A DNA stretch of 63,618 nucleotides, the filler included, from Octopus bimaculoides (lineage: Eukaryota), in NCBI RefSeq assembly GCF_001194135.2. It is 6 parts of 6 records of this genome, joined end to end, with 100 filler letters (N's around TTAATTAATTAA, not from the genome) between each part and the next. Parts side by side here need not be neighbours in the genome. Positions count along the whole stretch, not along the records: positions 1 to 28,091 come from NC_068988.1; 5 more parts are not named here. One strand, 5' to 3'. The notes beneath the pieces are model-generated. The model saw nothing but the letters and a program-made list of their open reading frames with translations, did not search any database and was not told the DNA's origin. Within the stretch, counting starts at the first letter, position 1. Each line of letters opens with the position of its first letter. Positions 1 through 12,901 of the stretch are shown here, one piece after another. Position numbers and translations under genes: made by a program.

Positions 1-41
<41 letters not shown>

Positions 42-351
42 GAAAGAGAAAGAAAGAGGAGGGATAGAGAAAAATAAATAAAAAAATCTAAGAGTCATTA
101 TGTGAAACCTTTTAACAGTAGCACACATCTCAAAATATTTAAGATTTTTTACTGTATTAATCAAAATTTACAAAATATATGATTATTGTTAACTAAAATT
201 TAATCACCGTTGTTTCTGTTACGATTGTCTTATAGTCTTTAAAACTTCTTGCTTATAACGTCAGTAAACTTTGTATGTGATACTCTCTCTAATTTTCCCC
301 ATTCTTTATGAGTTACAGCAAATGAAGTCATTTTAGTTAGAAAAAACTATT

Positions 352-600
352 TTAAATCTGGCTTTTGCTGGAACAATGCACCATAAAGTCTTGACTGGAT
401 TCCAGCCAAATCAATTTCTCAATTTCCTTATCGTGTAGGGACTTTAGGGCTAATTTGGCAGAGTGAACAGTTGCATTATTATGTTGGTATATTGCCAAAC
501 TGTGATGAGTGAACTGTTTAAGTGTGGGTGAAGCTGCTTTCGTAAAACGTCTCCTAAATTGATCTTGTGTAGCCACAGGTCAGGTCAGATCTGATGCATT
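352..600 (-). mobile_element. Tc1/Tc3-like transposase remnant (DDE region)
   Basis: Minus ORF reads AIYQHNNATVHSAKLALKSLHDKEIEKLIWLESSQDF, resembling the Tc1 motif FQQDNAPxHxA...I-x-x-L-x-WP-x-x-SPDL. Catalytic residues are degenerate. Confidence 0.55.
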
Positions 601-1966
601 TTAATTCATATCTGATCCAGTTCATTCGAGCCATGGATATCGGACCAAGTATAGTGTATCTAGGGCTGTATTATTCATTGTATATTTCCGTTTTATATGA
701 TAGCTGCTTAAGAAAGATTTGGTTAATTTTTTTTTTGTGGCCCGATCGTTCATATAGAGGTCCTTCGTTAGCTCAGTTGCCTTCTCTTACTTTTGTACGG
801 TGACACTTTGCAGAGAAATCTAATCTATCGTCTTTCATGCTAAAGCAATTTCACACTATTCATTATGTCGGAATTTGTTATCTGAAATGGAAAGGAAAAT
901 CTTGATTCAGTAACACATTTTGCATATGACTAAGTCCTATTTTCTTTTTACATAAAGTGAACTTTCTTTTAAATCATGTGGATGTTATATTACGTCTTAT
1001 TCACATAACAATATATTGTCAAAATAAATATAGAAATATATAAAAAATAACAAACCTTTGCCTATCGGGTGAGAGTTTTATTGGTGGGGCAATAATCAAG
1101 TTACTAAAATGATAGTATAGCAATAATGAAGCTTTGTGAAAGTGTTTTCGACCGTAGAGTCGGGTTCATCAATAGCTTGTGAGTGGAATATAGTAGACGG
1201 AAACAATACAGAATCCTGTTGTATATTCAATATATTTGCTTTAAGGTGAAAGCTTAAAAAATCACTACTCTCCATTACCTTGTTTCTGATCTTCAAACGG
1301 TCGTAACTGAATAATACAGAAAGTATTTTATAGGTTTGAACTGACGAAGAAAAAGAGATTGAAGCATTTATATATGAGCACTTAAATGAAAAAAATCATT
1401 AAAAGAGCTAGTAGATCGTGTGTGGGTTTTTATATTTACAGAAGAACAAAGATTAGTATATATAAACATACTAAAATTCTAATATCTATGCTATTGAATT
1501 ATTGGAATGCATAGATACATGCGTATACATAGACACATATACACGCGTATGTATATATACATATATATATATAATAATAATAATAATAATATAGATTTAA
1601 TCAAAAGATTAAATGTGGTACTTAAAATGTTTGAGGCACCAGAATTTGGTAAGATAAAAACCAAAAACAAAATCAAGAGATTCGGCGAGTAAAATTTGAA
1701 GATAAGCAACACAAATTTAATAGGTTATAGCAGTACGTACGTTTCGTACAAGCTCCATTTATTCATGTAATGAGAACACCACAGAATGCTGCTGTTCCAC
1801 AGCAGCATAGTCGAGATGGTATGTTTTCTTCTCTTACTCTTGTTTTTTGCAAACATCTTCAAAATGACTTTCTAAAATGAAATTCCATTATGCAGCTGAG
1901 GAGTACAATTTCATTGTACATTCTATGGTGTTCTCACTACATGAATATATATATATATATATATAT

Positions 1967-2027
<61 letters not shown>

Positions 2028-2037
2028 GGCATGTGAA

Positions 2038-2353
2038 GGCGCATAGCTCAGTGGTTGGAGCGTCGAGCTTACGATCGTGAGGTTGTGAGTTCGAATTCCG
2101 GACCGGGCTGCGTGTTGTGTTCTTGAGCAAGACACTTTATTTCACGTTGCTGTAGAAATGAGTTACGACGTCACAGGTAACAAGCTGTATCGGCCTTTGC
2201 TTTTCCCTTGGATAACACTGGTGGCGTGAAGAGGGGAGGCCGGAATGCATGGGTGACTGCTGGTCTTCCATAAACAAACTTGCCCGGACTTGTGCCTGGG
2301 AGGGTAACTTTCTAGGCGCAATCTCATGGTTAGTCATGACCGAAGGGGGTCTC
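2038..2353 (+). mobile_element. tRNA-derived SINE, full length
   Basis: Head GGCGCATAGCTCAGTGGTTGGAGC...GTTCGAATTCCGG has box A and box B. It is followed by a central TTGAGCAAGACACTTTATTTCAC domain and a non-tRNA body, and sits next to a (CA)/(TA) tract. Confidence 0.8.
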
Positions 2354-2364
2354 AGCATATGCGC

Positions 2365-2530
2365 ATATATATTCTTTTATTTATTCCAGTCACTTCACTG
2401 TGGCCATGCTGTAGCATAGCAATGAAGGGTTTTCATTCCAGGACATATTTTGAAATACGAGTAATTCTCTTCTGCAGAACTGTTAAGTTACGGGGACGTA
2501 AACACACCAACACCGATTGTCAAGCCTCAA
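2365..2530 (-). mobile_element. SINE 3' half (major family of this window)
   Basis: CAGTCAC...TGGCCATGCTG...TAAGTTACGGGGACGTAAACACACCA matches the copies at 51955-52350 and 55921-56342. Confidence 0.75.
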
Positions 2531-2971
2531 TACTTACAATCCATAGCATAGCTACCCATCTATAAATTCAAAGCAGTTTCCTCAACAGACTTGGACCAAG
2601 ACAATTTTTCGATACACCGAGCGGTTACTACTAACACGCAAGCCACGGCAGACAGAAAATATGCACTCGAAGCCGAGAATTTGAGTTAATGGAACACATA
2701 AACAATATTTGTATCTTCTGAGGAAACAGAAAATCTTATAATGCAAATAAACGGTTATATAACCCAATACATGCGAAGTTAGGGAATTACTTTGCCTGAA
2801 AGCAATTGTAGTGATTACAAAAAAATGTTATTCATCCACAGAAGCCCGAACGCACAGCTAAATACGTATAATACCACATCGGATAGCACCGCGTGAAATC
2901 TAAAGGTGGCCGAGATTTATACTGTACTCTACAATGTTGTGAACAGAATTTAACCTAACACTATAACTAAC

Positions 2972-3005
<34 letters not shown>

Positions 3006-3717
3006 NNNNNNNNNNNNNNNNNNNNNNNNNNNNNNNNNNNNNNNNNNNNNNNNNNNNNNNNNNNNNNNNNNNNNNNNNNNNNNNNNNNNNNNNNNNNNNN
3101 NNNNNNNNNNNNNNNNNNNNNNNNNNNNNNNNNNNNNNNNNNNNNNNNNNNNNNNNNNNNNNNNNNNNNNNNNNNNNNNNNNNNNNNNNNNNNNNNNNNN
3201 NNNNNNNNNNNNNNNNNNNNNNNNNNNNNNNNNNNNNNNNNNNNNNNNNNNNNNNNNNNNNNNNNNNNNNNNNNNNNNNNNNNNNNNNNNNNNNNNNNNN
3301 NNNNNNNNNNNNNNNNNNNNNNNNNNNNNNNNNNNNNNNNNNNNNNNNNNNNNNNNNNNNNNNNNNNNNNNNNNNNNNNNNNNNNNNNNNNNNNNNNNNN
3401 NNNNNNNNNNNNNNNNNNNNNNNNNNNNNNNNNNNNNNNNNNNNNNNNNNNNNNNNNNNNNNNNNNNNNNNNNNNNNNNNNNNNNNNNNNNNNNNNNNNN
3501 NNNNNNNNNNNNNNNNNNNNNNNNNNNNNNNNNNNNNNNNNNNNNNNNNNNNNNNNNNNNNNNNNNNNNNNNNNNNNNNNNNNNNNNNNNNNNNNNNNNN
3601 NNNNNNNNNNNNNNNNNNATATATATATATATATATATATATATTAGCTATTGATATATTAGATATATAGATATTGCAGGCAGGGGAGTGTACCATTACC
3701 ATCATCCAGCCACGAGA

Positions 3718-3765
3718 CCACCAAATCGTACGGTTTCGACCTTTTGTGGTCTTCCACAGTGGTGG
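3718..3765 (-). ncRNA. Minimal type-I hammerhead ribozyme-like motif (A6U core variant, extra A)
   Basis: Minus strand: CCACCA CUGUGGA A GACC acaaaa GGUC GAA ACCGUACGAU U UGGUGG. Stem I is 6 perfect bp, stem II 4 perfect bp, and stem III is a 10-nt palindrome with one mismatch. Confidence 0.6.
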
Positions 3766-4176
3766 ATACTCTTCGTACTATTTTCCTTCCTAATTGCACC
3801 CCTTGTATAAAATACTTGTTTAGTTTTCTTCGCTTTAATGTTCATTATCCATGATGTCCTCATTTCTTTTACACCAAGCCTTAATTCGTAACAATGTAAA
3901 ACGTAACTCCTCATATATATGTGTGGGGAGGGGGCATGCGCGCGCGCGTGTACGTGTATCTGTATATGCGTTTGTGTACAGATGTCCATGTATGACTGTG
4001 TGCATATTTGTGTACACCCAAATTATATAACTATAAACAACACTGTTTAAATTAAATAACTAAGAGAAATCCTGAGTTTAAGGTGCAGTAATTTACTGCT
4101 GCTTTATTGTGTGCATATTGATACATACATACATGCATAGATACATATACATAGATACATAGATACATAGATAAAT

Positions 4177-4255
<79 letters not shown>

Positions 4256-4499
4256 NNNNNNNNNNNNNNNNNNNNNNNNNNNNNNNNNNNNNNNNNNNNN
4301 NNNNNNNNNNNNNNNNNNNNNNNNNNNNNNNNNNNNNNTATATATAAATGCAGATATATTTATGACGTTACGAATTAATGCTTAGCATACAAGACATGAG
4401 AACATCATGAATAATGAAAATTCATGGAGGGAAACAAAACAAGCATTTTATACAGGGGGTGCAATTAGGAAGAAAAAATATACTTCGTTGCCAATTTTC

Positions 4500-7400
4500 C
4501 ACAAAGATGATAAAAAAAATAAATAGAACCGGGCGCAAAATGCAACACTGTCTAATCGAATCCAAATAGTAATTATGCATTAAGCTGGCTCATAATGAAA
4601 CAAAAATGTATTTAGTAGCTGTTTACATGGCACTAAATCCTTGGATAGACTGTGGGATACAAAGTTAACGTTAAAAGATAATTGAAGCCTTTGGGATGAC
4701 CTTTTCTTTTCAATTCATTTTTGCTATATTATTGCGATTATCTGTAAAATGCTTAGATGCAATGAGTATATTATTCAATATAACGTACCTTCAATTGCAC
4801 TTGTTGCTAACTTTTTATTTATTAAGTTTTCCTTTCAGACCAGATTTTAGTCAATCTGCTTAAGTTTGCAGTATCTTCCCTAGAGGAAACTTCTTCAGAG
4901 TAACGCTATTGTCTATTTTCATCTATACAAATTCTATAACCTACATATCTAACAATGTTATACTGCAAGAGTTCTTATAATGTTGAAGATAGTATTGCGA
5001 GAAATATCTTCTGTTGGAAATATTCAAAATGTTTAGCTGTTTCTAATGTATGACGTCCCTGTACTATATATTTATCCGCGAACCCATAAAGAAAATTATA
5101 ATTTACTAAAACATATACAAGACATTTGAATCACAATTGTAATATCATCATCGAGATTTATTCCTGTTCGTCGCAAGCTGTTTCACGGAGGATGTTTTAT
5201 TGAACATTTTTAACAGTTTCAATATTATCCTAAGCTACTACCATGTACAGCTAATTTAGTATGCATACGAGGCTTCCTTGGGCAATGCTGCAGAATGATA
5301 CCTCTAGTAATATTTATTGTGAGAGCTGTTTCATGTCCACCAAATTTGAAAACTTATTTCAATAAATGACAATATCCTAGTCGTCACGATAACAGACATT
5401 GGCAATGACAATAAAGCAGTCATAGAGTTCAAACCATTACTCAATGTATTTTCTTGTAGTTCGCGAGCAGAAAATATCCACTCATTGCTTCTGCGTCCAG
5501 GGCAAAAATCTGATTGAGACTCAGGAATAAATATTATCCAAAGGTGATGTATAGCACTATGAAATATATTATCTCTGAACAGAGAAATGCATCGAAATTA
5601 CACCTTCAGCAACGCATTTATCCAATCTTGAGAACATTTACAACTTTCAACATGTTATGAGATTAGCCATGTGATTCTTTTGATTTAAACTCGTGCACTT
5701 AAATATCATCAATGTCAGAAAAATTTCTCTTAAGTTTGCCCAAATCATTTCTGAACTGATTATATCAAAGCAATATTGAATTATTATTTGATGAACGTGT
5801 CTTAAAAGTAATCAATCACTCTTTGATGATCAATTTAGCAGATCACTATAATATTCTTTCCAGTGTTGAAATATCGTATTTACAGCTTTATCTGTTTCGT
5901 TCTCATTAGCCTCAACGGGGGTATAGGAAAGTACAAAAACCATAAAATTGATTTATTAGTTACAACGTTCCTTAATATTATTTCTACCATATACTTTCTG
6001 AAGATCATCATAATTCTGAATTTCTTCTGAACATTGTATTGTACCAATAAATTTACATTTTAACATACATATTTTTCCAATGATTATAAACTGATATGGT
6101 TACTATTGTCGCCCAAACAGTTCTTGCTGTTGAACTTCGTAACCATTAATAATTTATTTTCAAATTTTGTAATCCTCACTATTGAAGATGTCCAAAAAAG
6201 CAGTACTCGAGAGTATTAAAGCCTTGTACTAACTCTTGTCTGCTATAGATTTCCTTTACCAATGAAATATCAAGCCTTTTCAAGCGTTGAACGTTTGGGT
6301 CTTGGTTTGAGCTTCTCTTTAGTTCCTACAAAATTAAGCTCTGTGGTAATATATGATAATACTAAAGCTCAATAGGAATTTCTCGTCCCTTATTTATATA
6401 TAAACACACACACACACACACACACACACANNNNNNNNNNNNNNNNNNNNNNNNNNNNNNNNNNNNNNNNNNNNNNNNNNNNNNNNNNNNNNNNNNNNNN
6501 NNNNNNNNNNNNNNNNNNNNNNNNNNNNNNNNNNNNNNNNNNNNNNNATATATATATATATATATATATATAGGCGCAGGCGTGGCTGTGTGGTAAGAAG
6601 CATGCTTCCCAACCACATGGTTCCGGATTCAGTCCCACTGCATGAAACCCTGGACATGTTTTTTCCTCCTCCTAACATTACCGGTTCGACGAAAGAGACC
6701 AATAGAATGAGTAATAAGCTTAGAAAAAATAAGCCCTAGCGTTGATTTCTTCGACTAAAATTCTGTAAAGGAGTACTCCAGTGTCTTCTATTTGATAGGG
6801 TTGATAAGATCTTGTATACCTTTGAAATCATTTAAGCTTTTCTCACTATGAAAATTCATTTCTAAGAAATAAAGATACACAGTTCAATTTTCGTGATGCC
6901 ATTCATTCTAACCCTATTTTATAATGCCAATTATCATGGGCCTCCGAAAACTGGAACATCTGTCACGTCATACAAATCTTACTTTCTGCTAAGAACGTAA
7001 TCTATCATGGGCCTTTTCTGGGAACCTGGGTACATTTAATTTCTTAAGTGAATTTCTTTATGTTCAATGAATGTGTTATAAGGAGTGTCATACAATTCTG
7101 TTACACATTTGTAGCAAATGAAAGCTTATCAGGATCTGACATTGATATTTTTCTCCCATCATGTTCTAAAAGAATTCTTCTTTCAAAACTGTCACTAACT
7201 CTTGCGCTCAAGTCCCCAAAGAATTATCAGTTTATATTCTATTGAATTTTTTTTTACCGAAAAATGCTTTTTAGCTTCTCATAAAAGTGAATTTTCGATT
7301 TGATGAGACGTTCTTTGCTGATTCATCCAGAAGCACATCACTGAATGATCACAAGGTAAATGTATGGACATATACATAAATCTATAACATAAGCCAGTTG

Positions 7401-7800
7401 GTATATCAGTTACTCAGCTACTGTAGACATAATTGCAAATCCATTTCGCATTTCCTGTTCATATCTTCATGTCTTTTACACCAACGAATAATGTAGCTAT
7501 TAGGTATTTCACTATACTGACCATCACCAACAATAAATACAATTGTCAGAGAACGCAACGACATCAATCAGTCCTGTAATGAACAAGTCTCTTACAAAGT
7601 AGAGGAGATTATTTTTTTCATCGAGCGTCTATTTATCAATCTAAGTCCAATATTCGAAATGCCAAACGGTAAATCCTATATGTGTTCGTTGGTAGTCGAT
7701 TGGTGAGAGCTTGAGGCTAACTGCCTTTCTTTGGAAAATTCCGACCGCACAGCTTCGTGAACTCCTATCCCGCTAGGTCTTTTGGTAACATATTACTTTA
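4500..7800 (-). mobile_element. Highly degenerate RTE-type LINE (APE endonuclease + RT)
   Basis: Frameshifted minus-strand motifs occur in the expected order: FGISNIGL / IDVVAFSD (EN N-terminus, ~7650-7550), KLIIL-GDLSARV (~7210), HWKEYYSDLLN (~5860), QSDFCPGRRSNEWIFSARELQE (~5480), LSRLTKIWSE (~4850). Confidence 0.7.
6573..6782 (+). mobile_element. SINE (internally deleted) inserted in the RTE relic
   Basis: GGCGCAGGCGTGGCTGTGTGGTAAGAAGC...GGTTCCGGATTCAGTCCCACTG head plus AAAGAGACCAATAGAAT...TACTCCAG tail. Confidence 0.75.
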
Positions 7801-8190
7801 GGAGGTATACATTTCATAAATATTAATGTATTTTGTGTTTAAAGATTAGCACTAGCCTTATATTATCAAAGCGAATTTATCTCAAGTAGACTGCCGTATT
7901 GGTGTTAACAAACGTTACCTGTGCATTGAAAAGACCTAAGGTATTCGTAATAGAATATATGGTATGCACATTACGACACTGGTCAGAGGTAATAATCTCA
8001 AAAAAAGAAAAAAAAAAGAAAAACTCAACTACCACATTGGATGTAACATATGGTTGCAGATCAATGAATGCAATAGTTTGATATAGTAAATCTTATTCGG
8101 GGTGACCACATATAAGACTAGGTACAATAATCATGATTAAAGGACTCTAATCAATTCTGATAAAGAATGTTTCTTAATTATCTTGCGATG

Positions 8191-8228
8191 TTTGTTCTCC
8201 ACCGAATTATTATTCGGTGGAGAACAAA
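8191..8228. repeat. Perfect 17-bp inverted repeat with 4-nt loop
   Basis: TTTGTTCTCCACCGAAT tatt ATTCGGTGGAGAACAAA. Confidence 0.9.
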
Positions 8229-8240
8229 AGGACTCTGTTC

Positions 8241-8326
<86 letters not shown>

Positions 8327-8963
8327 TTCTCTCTCTTATACTAAAAATGTAGCGACCCAGTGATTGACTTGACATGACGCAACAATCAATATTGCTAGGC
8401 ATTTGCGATTTGAATTAAGTAGCTAAAAATTTATAAGAAGCCAGATGTTAGTCTTTTACTTTTTATTTCTAAAAATGTAATTTATCGTCCATTTTAAAAC
8501 CACCACGCAGCGCTCCGTGCCTTTAGCAGAGTCTTTCAATTACAAGTATTTGTATTACAGTTCAGGCCTCGGGAAAACACTTAATTGTGTATCTCACCTG
8601 TATTTTCTCCAACCCAATATTTCAGAGTCACAGAATATTGGTTATGGACACTTCCATTCCTCTTCTGAATATAGCAGAATTTTGAGTTTATTTAATGAAT
8701 ATTTTCGTGATCTCCCTGGGATCTATTATCAGTGATCCAGTGTTACAATCTTGGACAAGTAACTGACAGGTTAGTTTTGTGAGAATAGAAAGTCTTATTA
8801 ATTATCGGATAGCTGATGTATCGGATCTGATACCTGAATCCGATACCTGATGTACCGGATTCAGTGGAAATTTTGGAAGCGAAGTTAATCACAAGCAAAA
8901 AACAAATTAAAGTTATGTATTCAATAATTTTTTTTCTGTCATTCACCCCACCAAACATGTTCA

Positions 8964-9015
<52 letters not shown>

Positions 9016-9339
9016 TGTGTGCGTGTGTGCGGGTCCGTGCGTGCATGTGTGTGCATCTGTATGTGTGCGTATGTGCATGTGTGTGTGCGTGAGCGTACAC
9101 GCATGTGCGTGTATGTGCGTTTGTGCGTGTGTGTGCGTGCGCGTGCGTACGTGTGCGTGCAAAAACAGGGTTTATACCAACGGTAATGCACAAGTGCCGA
9201 CTTGAGCGCAACTTTAAGCATAAAGATAGTCGTTCACATTGCACATGTTTGTAGAATAAGTCTTCATCCATAGAATGGTACGACTCAAAGTAGTGTTTAA
9301 TGCAAGTCATAGTACAGCCCAACTCACGAATTCCCTTTC

Positions 9340-10120
9340 AAAATTTTAGTTGTGCACCGTAGTACCCAATTCTTCATACACAGCCCCTTCCACCACATCT
9401 GCCTCATCAAATCAATGTTGGATGATCAAATCATTAGATGAGACACGTGGAAGGAAAAAGACACAAGATGGGTGCGCATGGAAGATGAGGAACCACTGTA
9501 GATGAGGATGAAATTTGCCGATTGCGTGATATGTATCCAAAGATATGTGTGGTCGCCTATTCTCATGGTGAATGAAGATAGCTTTCAAAGTTTCGTGAAG
9601 TGTCTTTCTTTCTAACATCTTCCTTGAGATTCTTGGTATCCCAGTTTGCTACAGTCACGTTTCAGAAAATCCAGGGAAATAACACCTTTGTTATCTCCCA
9701 AAACAGTCACCATTAGCCTTCATCCTCGCGTTATAGTAATTTGGCCGTGATTCAACTCTTTCGTCATTGACTTCACTCGAAAGAACTGACCTCCACTCTT
9801 CTCCCTTTCAATAGGGCGTTGCCTGTCGAAGTATCTACTTTGCATATTCTAAATGATAACCAAATTCTTCCATCATATTTTATAATGCATTGTGATCCCA
9901 TTCTAGATGTGCAACAACCTCATGGCTTGTGGCACGTCCGTCTGTGTGAATCAATTCGTTCCCTTGCTTCCGACTCGTGCCAGTGGTTGAATGTCTCCAA
10001 TTGTGCGGTGTGTCTTTAAAGTTGTCTTACTTTTCTTTAAACTTCTTCATCCATTTGTGCGGGTTGTTCAGGTTAATGGTACCATCTCACGTGAATTTCG
10101 GGCATCCTGCCACCGATCTG
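9340..10120 (-). mobile_element. mariner-type transposase remnant
   Basis: ELIHTDGRATSHEVVAHLEW (HTH) and RLMVTVLGDNKGVISLDFLK (cf. KVMATVFWD-KGVILIDFL). Stops and frameshifts present. Confidence 0.7.
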
Positions 10121-10793
10121 GCTTTGAGTAAAAGAATATACAGGTGGATCAGTTAATTAGGATTTTATTCAGCATATTTCCTTAGATTATTGCAGCGATC
10201 CTTCTGTTTTTCTAAGCCCTGTAAGAGAACTCGAAGTTAGGGATTCCGACCAGGCCTATCACGATATACTTAAAGCCAGGAACTTTTAAGCACTGCATCT
10301 TATATACACACTGTGGAAAGTGAACGCAGATCGTCAAAGAACATAACTAGATATAAAAAGGCAATTTTAACCTGTCTGTACGCTATTTCTACTGTGTAAC
10401 GACCAAATGTAAGATAAATACTAAAACAAACCGACTGTTCTCTGCTTTAACCAAACAACAGATTTTTTTTCCTCCAATAGTTTGAAGAGGTCAAGAGTGT
10501 ATGTATAGTTTTTGCATTTAATGTTTTGCATTTCGACGTTTGATATTGTCCTTGTTTCCTTACAGTTAACCTTTCTCCATCAGCTCTATACTTTCAAACT
10601 GTCACCGTTGATGAGGGAAAACGTTTGTTGGCTGACATATTGTCGTGTACTTTTGATCTTGTCAAGCCAAATCATTTGGCTCAGCTGACTTATGTACTTC
10701 CATTGTTTCACTTTCTCAATACCTTCCTTCCTCCTCTTTCGCTTTCATGGTCTCTTCCCTTTCACTATGGGTTTCTACGCATCTATTGCTTTT

Positions 10794-10827
<34 letters not shown>

Positions 10828-10862
10828 ATGTGTGTGTGTGTANNNNNNNNNNTATTGCTTTT

Positions 10863-10896
<34 letters not shown>

Positions 10897-10995
10897 ATGT
10901 GTGTGTGTGTATGTATATATACATACATAGGTACACATACATATGCATATACATACACACATATATATCACATATATGCGTGTGTGCATGTGTGC

Positions 10996-11035
<40 letters not shown>

Positions 11036-11744
11036 GTAAGCATAATATATATATGCATATATGCACGTATATATATGTGTGCATGGAAATATACGCCTGT
11101 ATGTGAGCACAGACACAAACAGACACACACACACTTGTATGCACACACACATTCATACATACACACACACACACATACACACACATATGTTTCTATACAT
11201 ACGCATAAATATATGAGGGTAAGGAGCGTTCGTGCTTATTCCTGTGTAAGCATTTCTATGTATTTATCCTATGCCATGTATACACTTTCTTTGAAAGGTG
11301 ACAGCAGTTTCAACGTTTCACTTAATCTGGCTTTACAAATTCTGTAAGAAGAGATATTAGCCATATATAAACATATTAGAAGAAAATCAACGATGGAACA
11401 AATAGTTTTAGTATGTGGCAGCATGTAGTAAAGTAAAATAAAAGTTAAAAAATCGACATGGTTGATATAATATTTTTAAATTATTGCAAATTGCAGGGGG
11501 GAAAATGATGGCATGCATAGTTTAGAACTTGAGTGAAATATTTTATATGTATTGGGGAAAATTTAATATTAGCTGTTATTGCATGAGTTATTCTAACAGT
11601 TTATGTAAACATGACTATAAAGAGGTTGAATTTCAAAGAAAGCTGCACTGGATTGTAACGGATAATATTGTATTCAAATTTTGTGATAAGGCTAGCAATT
11701 TTGGAATAGGAGTTTAGTCGACCACTAATGCTTAACTGATATTT

Positions 11745-11875
11745 ATTTTATCGACCCAGAAAAGATGACAGGCAAAGTGGTTCTCTGCGGCATTTGAACT
11801 CAGAACATAAAGGCGGTCAAAATGCCGCTAGGCATTTTGCCCAGCGTGCTAAAGATTCTGCCAGTTCGCCGCCTT
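11745..11875 (-). mobile_element. tRNA-derived SINE (GGCGGCGA(G/A)CTGGCAGAA family)
   Basis: Plus strand ATCGACCCAGAAAAGATGACAGGCAAAGT...GAATTTGAACTCAG-like...TTCTGCCAGTTCGCCGCC. Relatives at 11900, 25235, 39600. Confidence 0.8.
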
Positions 11876-11899
11876 GGTAACTGATAATACTGAATCCAA

Positions 11900-12107
11900 A
11901 TTTTGGCATAAGGACAGCAATTTCGGGGGCGGTATAAATCGATTACCTAAACCCTAGAGCTCAAACTGGTACTTATTTTATCGATGCAGAAAAGGTGAAA
12001 GACAAAGTCGCTCTCAGAGGAATTTGAACTCAGATCGTATAGACTGACAAATACCGTTAAGCATTTTGTCCGGCGTGCTAGCGATTTTGTCACCTCCCCG
12101 CTTTAAG
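11900..12107 (-). mobile_element. Second, adjacent copy of the same SINE family
   Basis: GGTACTTATTTTATCGA...AAAGTCG...GGAATTTGAACTCAG...GCATTTTGTCCGGCGTGCTAGCGATT. Confidence 0.75.
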
Positions 12108-12189
12108 ATACCGATATTATAAAGAACAAGCAGAGATACCTTGCCTTACTCGGGATTAAAACGACATCGTTTGCATTACAGTTATGTTG

Positions 12190-12901
12190 AAACAGGTGAT
12201 GCAGGAAAGGGTAGCAATGACGACAAAACATTTGTGGAGAAAATGCTAAAGCTTTGCAAAAACGACAATTTGAGTTTAGCACACCAATTTGTACAGAATT
12301 ATCATTATTATAAAAATGGGACAGATCATATCTGAAAGCAGCTCCAGGTGTTGTGTAGAACGAATTTGTACGTGGTCTGTTTCAGAGAGCTATTCTATTA
12401 GACCTCTGTGTAATCTGGCATGCTAAACGTTGTTTTAATGATTCAGCATTAAGTGCTGCAACATGCATTTGCTGATTTTGGGAAAGTCATCTCCTTCCTC
12501 TCTTGAGACTCCATCTAATGTACTGCAGTATGCCTTTGCTGATCTTCAGAAAGTCTCATCTCCCAACTGTCTTGAGACTCCATTTGATGTGCTGCAGCAT
12601 GCCTTTGCTGATCTTGGGACTACATCAGACGTGCTGCAGCATGCTTTCGCTGATGCTGAGAAAGTCTCCTCATCCTTCTCTCTTGAGACTGTATTTGACG
12701 TGGTGCAGCAGCATACGTTTGATGATTTAGGAAAGCGTCCTGTCCTTTCTGTATTGAGACTCCATCTGACGCATTGCAGCATGCAGTTGCTGATGTTGAG
12801 AAAGTCTCATTCCCTTACGTTTTGAGATTCTCACCTTCGGTTTTCAGCACTCCTTGCTGTATTGGTGTTTCTGGAGAGAATACGTTTTTCCTTGGTGGCA
12901 T
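12190..12901 (-). mobile_element. Helitron Rep/Hel 5' remnant (STPR-like repeats + CxxC region)
   Basis: Minus strand from ATG at 12901: MPPRK..., then repeats such as RLSQHQRKHAAARLM*SQ and RLSEDQQRHTAVH*MESQERKEM, then GAAFRYDLSHFYNNDNSVQIGVLNSNCRFCKALAF (cf. Helitron AAFxYDP...IG-M---C--C-AL-F). Stops and frameshifts present. Confidence 0.75.

Noticed and set aside
1125-1178. Hammerhead-like UUGAUGA-ACC...GGUC-GAAAAC on the minus strand
   Set aside because: Stem II register is off by one and stem I does not pair adjacent to the core; at most a relic.
2038-2110. tRNA gene
   Set aside because: Boxes A and B are present, but the cloverleaf is imperfect and runs into a SINE body; it is a SINE head.
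8805-8865. Nested direct and inverted ATCGGAT/GATACCTGA repeats with CTGATGT
   Set aside because: No GAAA half of a hammerhead; a short local repeat of unknown origin.
10785-10910. Direct duplication TATTGCTTTTCTCTG(TG)n
   Set aside because: The two copies flank a 10-N gap, which is a typical contig-overlap artefact.
12463-12825. CRISPR-like array or novel repeat protein (plus-strand 120-aa ORF)
   Set aside because: The repeats are contiguous and degenerate with no unique spacers, the context is eukaryotic, and a Helitron N-terminus on the minus strand explains them.
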